From: Minisyncoccia bacterium | Lineage (GTDB): Bacteria > Patescibacteriota > Minisyncoccia > Phycocordibacterales > CAJQIN01 | Assembly (NCBI GenBank): GCA_041751485.1 | Contig: JBGSXG010000048.1 | Coordinates: 1-39,464, forward strand | Reading direction: 5' to 3' | DNA: 39,464 nucleotides | Shown: positions 22,390 through 29,877 of the stretch, one piece after another | Layout of the letters: every line of letters begins with the position of its first letter | Position numbering within the stretch: the stretch's first letter is position 1 | Translations under genes and position numbers: made by a program | The notes under the pieces: model-generated | Told to the model about the DNA's origin: nothing | Database searches by the model: none | The model's input: only the letters and a program-made list of their open reading frames with translations

Positions 22390-24381
22390 ATGGAATGTTG
22401 TAATAGCGAAAAAACACATAAACATGAAGGTCATGGGCAAGGTGGACACGGCATGAGCCATGGGGATGCCGGTACATATTTGAAAAGATTTTGGATAGTG
22501 ACATTTTTGCTGGTGCCATTGGTTTTGGTTCATCCTGAGGTGGCCGAATTTTTGGGGCTGGGCGAGTTGGGAATAAATAAATGGATTCAGTTCGGTTTGG
22601 CTACTGTTATCTTCGGCTTTTCTTTAGTCTTTTTTCAACATGCTTGGCATGAGATTAAAGCTCGAGCTTATGGAATGATGACCTTGGTTTCTCTGGCGGT
22701 TGGCTCTGGTTTTCTGTTCTCTGTTGTTTCTACTTTTGTGCCGGCACTGCAGGCTGAATTTTATCTCGAAATATCTACTTTGGTTTGGGTGCTTTTGTTT
22801 GGACACTACTTAGAAGCCAAATCAAGCGGAGCGGCAGGCAATGCTTTGCAGGAAGTTGCTAAGCTTTTGCCAAAGCAGGCGCATAAATTAGAAGGTGGTA
22901 AAGAAGTTGATGTAGAAACTAGTGCTTTAAAAGACGGGGACACTGTTTTGGTTAAGCCGGGTGAGAAAGTGCCGGCTGATGGGGTGGTTGTATCTGGTTC
23001 GGCTAATGTTGATGAGTCGCTCATTAGCGGTGAGTCCAAGCCTGTTCAAAAGGAAAAAGATGCAGAGGTAGTAGCTGGTTCAATTTGTTTAGATGGGTCT
23101 TTGACCATAGAGATAACTCGCGTGGGTGAGCATTCAACCATCGGACAGATCCAGAAACTAATCGAGCAGGCTGGAAAAACAAAACCTCGCTCCCAAAGGA
23201 TTGCTGATAAGGCCTCAGCTGTTTTGACTTTTGTGGCCGGACTGACGGCTTTGTTTACTTTGTTGATTTGGACTTTAGTGGTTGGCCAGACTTTTGTCTT
23301 TTCGATTACTCTGGCTATTACGGTTTTGGTTATTGCTTGTCCGCATGCACTGGGTCTTGCCATTCCGACAGTAACGACCATCACTACTTCTTTGGCAGTA
23401 AAGAATGGTTTCTTTATTAAAGACATGTCTAAAGTTGAAACTATTCGCAAGGTTGATTATGTCGTTTTTGATAAGACCGGAACACTGACTAACGGAGAGT
23501 TTGGAGTTAGCAAGGTGGTCCAAGCTGAAGGAGAAGATAAAGAAAATGTTTTGAAGATTGCAGGATCTTTGGAGCAACATTCATCTCATATTATTGGACA
23601 GTCGATACTTGCATATGTTCGCGGGCAGAATATTAAGGTTTCAGAGATTTCTAATTTTAAAAATGTAGCTGGTCAAGGTGTTAGGGCCGAGGTGGATGGT
23701 GAAGAATACGTAGTGGGTAATGGAAAGATCATAAATGATCTAGGATTAAAATATGAAATGCCAGAAGAAGAGGGCACTGTGGTCTTTGTGGCAAGTAACA
23801 CAAAGGTTTTGGGATATATTGTTCTCTCGGACACTATTAAAAAATCGTCGTTTGATGCGGTGAGCAAATTGCATCAGATGGGCATTAAGGTGGCAATGCT
23901 TACGGGAGATAATAAGCAGGTTGCCGAGTCGGTCTCTAAAGAACTTGGAATTGATACGTACTTTGCTGAAGTTCTTCCGGAAGATAAATATAGACACATA
24001 AAAGAATTGCAGGAAAAAGGTAATACAGTTTTGATGGTTGGTGATGGAGTTAATGATGCTCCGGCTTTGACGCAAGCTGATGCTGGTGTGGCCATTGGAG
24101 CTGGAACTGATGTGGCGGTGGAGGCCGGCGATGTTGTTTTGACTGGAAGTGATCCTAAGGATGTCGTATCGCTTATTTCTTTGTCTCGGAAAGTTTACGT
24201 TAAAATGATTCAGAATCTGGTGTGGGCACTGGGCTATAACGTGGTGGCTATTCCGGCTGCGGCTGGAGTGTTTGCCTTTTGGGGATTTTTCTTAAGGCCG
24301 GAGATTGGAGCCTTGGTGATGTCATTGTCTACGGTTATTGTGGTGGTCAATGCTCTGACTTTAAAGAAAATGAAGTTTTAG
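22390..24381 (+). CDS. copB: P1B-type copper-transporting ATPase, CopB-like (CPH motif, His-rich N-terminus)
   Basis: DKTGTLT, SGES, GDGVNDAP, and the TM motif ACPHALGL. The N-terminus is MECCNSEKTHKHEGHGQGGHGMSHGD, with no CxxC HMA domain. Confidence 0.92.
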   Translation: MECCNSEKTHKHEGHGQGGHGMSHGDAGTYLKRFWIVTFLLVPLVLVHPEVAEFLGLGELGINKWIQFGLATVIFGFSLVFFQHAWHEIKARAYGMMTLVSLAVGSGFLFSVVSTFVPALQAEFYLEISTLVWVLLFGHYLEAKSSGAAGNALQEVAKLLPKQAHKLEGGKEVDVETSALKDGDTVLVKPGEKVPADGVVVSGSANVDESLISGESKPVQKEKDAEVVAGSICLDGSLTIEITRVGEHSTIGQIQKLIEQAGKTKPRSQRIADKASAVLTFVAGLTALFTLLIWTLVVGQTFVFSITLAITVLVIACPHALGLAIPTVTTITTSLAVKNGFFIKDMSKVETIRKVDYVVFDKTGTLTNGEFGVSKVVQAEGEDKENVLKIAGSLEQHSSHIIGQSILAYVRGQNIKVSEISNFKNVAGQGVRAEVDGEEYVVGNGKIINDLGLKYEMPEEEGTVVFVASNTKVLGYIVLSDTIKKSSFDAVSKLHQMGIKVAMLTGDNKQVAESVSKELGIDTYFAEVLPEDKYRHIKELQEKGNTVLMVGDGVNDAPALTQADAGVAIGAGTDVAVEAGDVVLTGSDPKDVVSLISLSRKVYVKMIQNLVWALGYNVVAIPAAAGVFAFWGFFLRPEIGALVMSLSTVIVVVNALTLKKMKF

Positions 24382-24430
24382 GGGTTAATAAAGCCACTTT
24401 AAACGGGTAATACTATAGTATTACCCGTTT
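24382..24430 (+). repeat. dispersed repeat, copy 4 / terminator hairpin AAACGGGTAATAC-TATA-GTATTACCCGTTT
   Basis: Perfect 13-bp stem at 24401-24430, preceded by GGGTTAATAAAGCC (compare 18428-18450). Confidence 0.8.
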
Positions 24431-24448
24431 ATTTGTTACACTAGTTTT

Positions 24449-24499
24449 ATGAAAACCATCTATTTTGTACGGCACAGAGAGAGTCATGAAAATATATGA
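24449..24499 (+). pseudogene. 16-codon remnant resembling the N-terminus of a histidine-phosphatase (PGM-like) gene
   Basis: MKTIYFVRHRESHENI* can be compared with the family start xIYLVRHGESxxN. TACACT lies 6 nt upstream. The stop overlaps the next ATG (ATATGA). This is very tentative. Confidence 0.2.
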
Positions 24500-24885
24500 A
24501 CGACATTTACACAACAATCGAAAAGATTATTAAAACGCAGGCTAAGGAGGAGGGCTTGGTGTTAAAGAAAGCCGTCTTAGACAGTGTAGCTAAAACTCCC
24601 AAACGGCAGCTTCACGCATACGGATCGAAGAAAGTGCAGATTGGTAAACGAAAACCAACGCAGACTTATGTGGTGGGTTGTATGTTGAATAAAAAAACTA
24701 TCGGATTCTATTCAATGGCGGTGTATGCTTTTCCTAAAAAATTTGATCTTTCTCCGGAGATGAAAAAGACCCTGAAAGGTAAGTCTTGTTTCCAGATTAA
24801 AGAGCTGGATAAGAAAACGGAAAAAGAATTAGAGAAGATTGTAGCCAAGAGTATTGCTTTGTTTAAAAAAGAAGGGTGGGTTTAA
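24496..24885 (+). CDS. hypothetical protein (possibly DUF1801/YdhG-like)
   Basis: 129-aa Lys-rich ORF. The pattern ...KKTIGFYSMAVYAF...LKGKSCFQIKELD...LEKIVAKSIALFKK is weakly reminiscent of DUF1801. Confidence 0.4.
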   Translation: MNDIYTTIEKIIKTQAKEEGLVLKKAVLDSVAKTPKRQLHAYGSKKVQIGKRKPTQTYVVGCMLNKKTIGFYSMAVYAFPKKFDLSPEMKKTLKGKSCFQIKELDKKTEKELEKIVAKSIALFKKEGWV

Positions 24886-24985
24886 AATTGTTCATAATTT
24901 AAACATGTAATAACTGGCACATACAGACGTCTTCTCTATTAGATAGCCCTCCTCATGGGCTAATTAAAAGTTAAATAAAAAGACC

Positions 24986-25330
24986 ATGAATAAAATTATA
25001 TTTAGTATGGTCTTGGCGGGTCTGTTTCTGTTGGGTGTGCCGACATATGCATCGAGTTACCAGTATGTAAATACTAGTGGTGACCTCAGCGTAGTGACGG
25101 CAGACAGCTCAACAGAAGCAATACGAACAGCACCGAACATTCACCCAAACAGTGGAGTAATGCTCCTAAGTGGAGTCGGTGGAGATGATGCGAATGTCTC
25201 AGGACAAAACTCATATTTGTACATGGATGCTAATGGAGAACTTAGAACAGTTTCAGCAAGTTCATCTGAAGATGCTTTGAGCAGTTCAGTAAACAGACAT
25301 CCTAACAGTGGGGTAATGCTAGTTTCTTAA
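24986..25330 (+). CDS. small secreted protein with two ~45-aa internal repeats
   Basis: Signal peptide, then SYQYVNTSGDLSVVTADSSTEAIRTAPNIHPNSGVMLLS and SYLYMDANGELRTVSASSSEDALSSSVNRHPNSGVMLVS. Confidence 0.55.
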   Translation: MNKIIFSMVLAGLFLLGVPTYASSYQYVNTSGDLSVVTADSSTEAIRTAPNIHPNSGVMLLSGVGGDDANVSGQNSYLYMDANGELRTVSASSSEDALSSSVNRHPNSGVMLVS

Positions 25331-25344
25331 TTTGCCAAGATAGT

Positions 25345-25378
25345 AAGAAAACAACGAGTTAAAATCCGTTGTTTTCTT
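25345..25378 (+). terminator. intrinsic terminator
   Basis: AAGAAAACAACG-N10-CGTTGTTTTCTT forms a 12-bp stem. Confidence 0.6.
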
Positions 25379-25509
25379 CTGGGTTAGGGCTCTAAAATAA
25401 GCCTTTCTTTCTGTGCTATAATGGCTATAGGCAAAAAATCCGCAAAGGCAGTTTCTTTGTGACAACAAATGCGGAATAGAAAGGTTATTCACTAATTTTA
25501 AAATAAAGT

Positions 25510-26424
25510 ATGAAAAATACATTAATTGCTATTGTTATCATAATTGTTCTTGCTGGTATTGGAATATTTGTTTTTATGAGCAACGGACAGGACACAGATC
25601 TTACAAGAGATGATCAGAATGCTGAGCAGAGAGATGCTGATCAAAATCAAACAGAAGACGAGGCTGAGCAAGAATATGCAACTCAGACAGTTATCGGCTC
25701 ATCCGTTGAAGGACGAGACATTACTGCATATCACTTTGGAACAGGAGACACTGAGATCTTGCTTATTGGTGGAATTCACGGAGGATATTCGTGGAATACT
25801 GCTTTGTTAGGAAATGAATTTGTATCGCACTTTAGCGAAAATGAAGGGGCGGTGCCCGAAGGTGTGCGACTAACGGTTATTCCAGTAATGAATCCTGATG
25901 GATTAAATAAGGTGGTATCTGATACATCTGATTTTGTGGTAGGCGATGTCAACACTTCTTCTGAGGTGCGCATTAGTGGACGATTTAACGAAAACGGTGT
26001 TGATCTAAACCGAAACTTTGATTGTGTGTGGCAAACTGAAGGTGTGTGGCAGAGCCGTACAGTTAGCGGTGGAGATGCACCATTCTCAGAACCAGAGTCT
26101 CAAGCTGTGCGAGATTATGTAGAGAGCAGTAACCCTGATGCAGTAGTGGTTTATTACAGTTCTGCTGGAGGTGTCTTTGCTTCAAGTTGTAACAATGGAG
26201 TCTCGGATGAGACTGCTGGTTTGACTAACTTGTATGCACAAGCTTCAGGGTACGCAGCTTTTCAATCATTCGATTTTTACGAAATTACTGGAGATATGGT
26301 GAACTGGTTGGCTAAGGAAAATGTTCCGGCTATTAGTGTCTTGTTGACTAACCACACAAGTATTGAGTGGGACAAAAATATTGCAGGAGTGGAGGCAATG
26401 ATTGAACAGGCAACTAATAACTAA
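25510..26424 (+). CDS. M14 carboxypeptidase-like protein, membrane-anchored, active-site residues substituted (likely pseudo-enzyme)
   Basis: Paralog of 26545..27399, sharing GGIHGGY.WN, NPDGL and GVDLNRNFDC. Differences from the paralog are S for E in HGGYSWN, Y for H in VYYSSAGG, and L for E in SVLLT. Confidence 0.75.
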   Translation: MKNTLIAIVIIIVLAGIGIFVFMSNGQDTDLTRDDQNAEQRDADQNQTEDEAEQEYATQTVIGSSVEGRDITAYHFGTGDTEILLIGGIHGGYSWNTALLGNEFVSHFSENEGAVPEGVRLTVIPVMNPDGLNKVVSDTSDFVVGDVNTSSEVRISGRFNENGVDLNRNFDCVWQTEGVWQSRTVSGGDAPFSEPESQAVRDYVESSNPDAVVVYYSSAGGVFASSCNNGVSDETAGLTNLYAQASGYAAFQSFDFYEITGDMVNWLAKENVPAISVLLTNHTSIEWDKNIAGVEAMIEQATNN

Positions 26425-26448
26425 TATCTAATATCTAATATCTAATAA
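26414..26448. repeat. near-perfect tandem heptamer (CTAATAT)n, 5 units
   Basis: ctaataa|ctaatat|ctaatat|ctaatat|ctaataa. It starts in the last codons of the gene and includes its stop codon. Confidence 0.85.
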
Positions 26449-26465
26449 CGCCGACCTGCGGTCGG

Positions 26466-26542
26466 GACAGATAACAAGTGACATTTGACTTGTGACAATT
26501 GACTAAGCACTAAGAACTAACAACTAAGTACTAAACACAGTT
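26466..26542 (+). repeat. 11-unit phased heptamer array (xACxxxx), forming the SD-less leader of the next gene
   Basis: gacagat|aacaagt|gacattt|gacttgt|gacaatt|gactaag|cactaag|aactaac|aactaag|tactaaa|cacagtt. Confidence 0.85.
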
Positions 26543-26544
26543 CT

Positions 26545-27399
26545 ATGAAAAGAATCATCGGGATCACAATTGGCATTATTATTTTAGTGGTCCTTGCGGT
26601 GGTTTTTTGGCCCGAGGCACAACCTGAAATAGCACAGGAGCCAGAGCCAACTCAAGAATGGACTCAGGAGGTAATTGGAAGCTCAGTGGAGGGTCGCTCC
26701 ATTGAGGCTTTTACCTATGGAGATGGGCAGACAAACTTGCTTTTCGTTGGTGGAATTCACGGAGGATATGAATGGAATAGTGTCTTGTTGGCTTATGCTG
26801 TTATGGATCATTTGGAAGAAAATCCGGATGTAATACCGGATGATTTGCAGGTTACTATTGTCCCTTCGGCTAATCCGGACGGACTCTTTACTGTTTTAGG
26901 AGTTGAGGGACGCTTCTCGGCCACTGAGGTGCCAGCAGGGGTAGATACTAGTGTTGGCAGATTTAATGCTCGCGGAGTGGACTTGAATAGAAACTTTGAT
27001 TGTAAGTGGGCACCGGAAAGTACTTGGCGTGGACAGACAGTCAGTGCTGGGACAGCACCTTTTTCAGAGCCAGAAGCTAGAGCTATAAAGAGCGTGGTAG
27101 AAAAGTATGCGCCGAGTGCCGTGGTCTTTTGGCATAGCCAAGCTAACAATGTTTATGCTTCTGAATGTTACGAAGGCGTTTTGCCAGTTACATTAGATGT
27201 AATGAACTTATACGCACAGGCTGGAAATTATGGAGCTGTGGAAGTTTTTGACGCTTATCCTGTAACTGGAGATGCCGAAGGCTGGTTGGCTTCGATTGGT
27301 ATTCCGTCCGTGACTGTTGAGTTAGAAACAAGAAATAGTATTGAGTGGGAGCGTAACTGGGCAGGTATGCGGGCATTGTTTGAATATTTTACAAATTAG
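26545..27399 (+). CDS. M14-family zinc carboxypeptidase, membrane-anchored
   Basis: IHGGYEWN (His/Glu ligands), NPDGL, GVDLNRNFDC, FWHSQ (third ligand His), and TVELE (catalytic Glu). Confidence 0.8.
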   Translation: MKRIIGITIGIIILVVLAVVFWPEAQPEIAQEPEPTQEWTQEVIGSSVEGRSIEAFTYGDGQTNLLFVGGIHGGYEWNSVLLAYAVMDHLEENPDVIPDDLQVTIVPSANPDGLFTVLGVEGRFSATEVPAGVDTSVGRFNARGVDLNRNFDCKWAPESTWRGQTVSAGTAPFSEPEARAIKSVVEKYAPSAVVFWHSQANNVYASECYEGVLPVTLDVMNLYAQAGNYGAVEVFDAYPVTGDAEGWLASIGIPSVTVELETRNSIEWERNWAGMRALFEYFTN

Positions 27400-27419
27400 A
27401 TATGGTATTCTAGGTAGTA

Positions 27420-28640
27420 ATGTCTAAGAAGATTGTGATTGTCGGTGGCGGTTTTGGTGGAGTCTACACTGCACGAGCGCTTGCTCGTATGGATAGACAG
27501 TATGATGTAACACTTATAAATCGTACTAACTATTTTCTTTTTACCCCACTTTTGCATGAAGTGGCAACTGGGGCTTTGTCTGAAGAATCTGTTGCCGAGC
27601 CTTTGCGTGAAGTTTTCAGAAAAACTAATGTCAAGTTTTTGCAGGCTGAAGTGACAAGTGTGAACAGGAAAAACAAGACTCTGGTGGCTGGTCAAGATGA
27701 GCTTGGCTACGACTACTTGGTTTTAGCCACAGGTGCTGATACGAACTTTTTTGGGGCATCTAAAGATGAGAGCTGTTTTACGCTGAAGAATTTGGATGAT
27801 GCTGTTAGGATGCGTGATCATTTGATAGATAGAATCGAGCAGGCTTCTGCTGAGGAAAATACAGAAAAAAGAAAAGAACTGCTGACTTTTGTGGTTGTTG
27901 GAGGTGGTCCGACCGGAGTGGAGTTGGTGGCTGAAATGGCGGAGTTTGTTTTTGATACGCTGTGTGATGGATACACTAAGACTTCTATAAAAAAGAGTGA
28001 TGCTCGGGTTATTTTAATACATGCCGGCCAAGTTCTTTTGGGGCAATTTTCTCCAAAAGTGCAAAACTATGCTCGGAAGACTTTAGAAAATAAGGGCATA
28101 GAGCTTTTGTTGGGCACGCGTGTTCAAAAGATTTCTGACGGACGAGTTTACTTATCTGAAGAGGAGATAATAAAAGCTGGTACGATTGTTTGGACTGCTG
28201 GAGTGGCTGCTCAGATGCCTGATTTTAATGACGAGCCAGTCTTGGATGAGCACAAGCGCCTAAAGGCCGATGAGTACTTGCGTTTGGCAGGAGAGGTGGA
28301 TGTTTTTGTTTTGGGAGATGTGGCGGGTGATAAAGGCGAGTCGCCTATGCTGGCTCAGGTGGCTGTTTCGCAAGCAAAGATGGTGGCTGGTAATATTTGC
28401 GCTTCAATTCGAAATAAAAAACTACGTTCTTTTGTATTTAAGAAAAAAGGAATGCTTGTATCTTTGGGTCAGTGGAATGCGGCGGGGGATATTGGACCAT
28501 TTGTTTTGAAGGGTCGGTTTACTTGGTGGCTATGGCGGACGATTTATCTTTTTAAATTTAACTCATGGAGAAAGCGCCTGAGAATTGTCTTTGAATGGAC
28601 TATTAATTTGTTTTCAGCGAGAGACACTACTAGAGCGTAG
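27420..28640 (+). CDS. ndh: type II NADH dehydrogenase (NDH-2)
   Basis: Two dinucleotide-binding motifs (IVIVGGGFGGV and VVVGGGPTGVE), a ~400-aa single-subunit layout, and a C-terminal amphipathic/membrane segment. Confidence 0.88.
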   Translation: MSKKIVIVGGGFGGVYTARALARMDRQYDVTLINRTNYFLFTPLLHEVATGALSEESVAEPLREVFRKTNVKFLQAEVTSVNRKNKTLVAGQDELGYDYLVLATGADTNFFGASKDESCFTLKNLDDAVRMRDHLIDRIEQASAEENTEKRKELLTFVVVGGGPTGVELVAEMAEFVFDTLCDGYTKTSIKKSDARVILIHAGQVLLGQFSPKVQNYARKTLENKGIELLLGTRVQKISDGRVYLSEEEIIKAGTIVWTAGVAAQMPDFNDEPVLDEHKRLKADEYLRLAGEVDVFVLGDVAGDKGESPMLAQVAVSQAKMVAGNICASIRNKKLRSFVFKKKGMLVSLGQWNAAGDIGPFVLKGRFTWWLWRTIYLFKFNSWRKRLRIVFEWTINLFSARDTTRA

Positions 28641-28656
28641 GGATAATGACAAAAAT

Positions 28657-28686
28657 ACCCCCCGAAGCGCAAGCGCTTCGGGGGTT
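28657..28686 (+). terminator. GC hairpin CCCCCGAAGCGC-AA-GCGCTTCGGGGG (same family as 6686, 9394 and 37025)
   Basis: 12-bp perfect stem 17 nt after the ndh stop. The T-run is weak (TTATTA). Confidence 0.65.
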
Positions 28687-28850
28687 ATTACTAAGCACTG
28701 ACCTCCTGTTTGACTACTGTTCTACCTGTGGTACCATTAGGGATGTAAACGTGTCTCATAGCAATGTATTTGTATGTGAGGGGATCGATCGTTTTACAGG
28801 TCTCGACTTAGTCGAGGCGCTCATTTACAAATAAAACATTGTTTCAAGAA

Positions 28851-29111
28851 ATGGAAAAGAAGCTATATGTCGGAGGCGTATCATACGACTCTACCGACGA
28901 TTCTCTGAAGTCTGCTTTTGAACAAGCTGGAACCGTTGAATCTGCATCTATCATCATGGATAAGATGACAGGACGATCAAAGGGTTTTGGTTTTGTTGAA
29001 ATGGCAACTCCAGAAGAGGCCCAGAAAGCTATTGAAATGTTTGACGGTCAAGAAATTGATGGTCGACGTGTCAAAGTTAACGAAGCCCGACCAAAGAAAG
29101 AGTGGAACTAA
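28851..29111 (+). CDS. RRM-type RNA-binding protein
   Basis: RNP-2 LYVGGV and RNP-1 KGFGFVEM. 86 aa counted from ATG 28851. Confidence 0.85.
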   Translation: MEKKLYVGGVSYDSTDDSLKSAFEQAGTVESASIIMDKMTGRSKGFGFVEMATPEEAQKAIEMFDGQEIDGRRVKVNEARPKKEWN

Positions 29112-29121
29112 CTCTATCTAC

Positions 29122-29149
29122 AAAAACACCCTTTAATAAGGGTGTTTTT
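29122..29149 (+). terminator. intrinsic terminator
   Basis: AAAAACACCCTT-TAAT-AAGGGTGTTTTT. Confidence 0.75.
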
Positions 29150-29193
29150 GTTTGGTATACTATTAAGGACTTTAATAGTAAATTTTAAGACGA

Positions 29194-29877
29194 ATGAAGT
29201 TTAATCTTTTAGACGTAGAAAGTGCTGAAAAAACTGCAGCCATTGAAAAGCTAGTTGCTCAGAGTACACCCAGGGCCGATTTTTTCTTTTTTATTTTTTT
29301 ATCAACTGCTATGGCTACACTGGGTATTCTTATCTCTAGCGTGCCGGTTATTATTGGTTCAATGTTGATTGCTCCGATGCTTTATCCAATTTTGGCCATA
29401 GGTATGGGTTTGTCTATCTCTGATCCAAAACTTATTAAGCGATCTACTTACACTTTCGGACAGTCAGTGTTAGTGGCATTGCTATCGTCAATCTTCGTGG
29501 CCCTTTTCTTTACTGAAAGGGAAGCTTTGAGTTTTATTACTATTATCGTTAGGACAGATGTTGCCTTGATTGATGTTGGAATTGCGGTGGTTGCTGGACT
29601 TGCGGCTAGTTTTGCTTTGGTTAGACACACCCTTAATGAGTCTTTTCCTGGTGTGGCTATTTCTGCAGCCTTGGTACCTCCTCTTGCTGTAGTTGGCATT
29701 GGCGTAATTCGTCTTGATTGGGAGCTTATTCGAGGATCGTTTCTGCTCTTTGTCATCAGTACTGTGGGTATTATTTTGACAAGTTTGTTTGTTTTTGCGC
29801 TGTTTAACTTTCATAGCAAAAAGAAATTGGTTCATGATGCCATAGAAGAGGAAGATAAAGAAGTAAAAAGTTCATGA
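29194..29877 (+). CDS. DUF389-family membrane protein
   Basis: ...IIGSMLIAPMLYPILAIGMGL... and repeated hydrophobic segments are typical of DUF389. Confidence 0.65.
   Translation: MKFNLLDVESAEKTAAIEKLVAQSTPRADFFFFIFLSTAMATLGILISSVPVIIGSMLIAPMLYPILAIGMGLSISDPKLIKRSTYTFGQSVLVALLSSIFVALFFTEREALSFITIIVRTDVALIDVGIAVVAGLAASFALVRHTLNESFPGVAISAALVPPLAVVGIGVIRLDWELIRGSFLLFVISTVGIILTSLFVFALFNFHSKKKLVHDAIEEEDKEVKSS

Noticed and set aside
16819-24430. Integron attC sites or gene cassettes as an explanation for the palindromic repeats after genes.
   Set aside because: There are no GTTRRRY/RYYYAAC core sites at the repeat ends and no intI gene or attI in the window. Several of the flanked genes have their own promoters.
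26414-26542. CRISPR array or telomere-like (TTTAGGG-type) repeats as an explanation for the heptamer arrays.
   Set aside because: Units are 7 nt with no 25-40-nt repeats or unique spacers, and no cas genes are present. The arrays are degenerate, interstitial and found in both orientations, so they are neither CRISPR nor terminal telomeric repeats.
28646-28834. 62-aa ORF between ndh and the RRM gene.
   Set aside because: It starts inside the terminator hairpin (its residues PPEAQALRGLL are the translated stem). It has no SD or -10 context and an odd composition.
29874-29877. ATGA-coupled DUF389 and CPA2 genes as a novel two-component transporter.
   Set aside because: Translational coupling alone is weak evidence. 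Both are common membrane families, and I cannot see anything unusual in either sequence.
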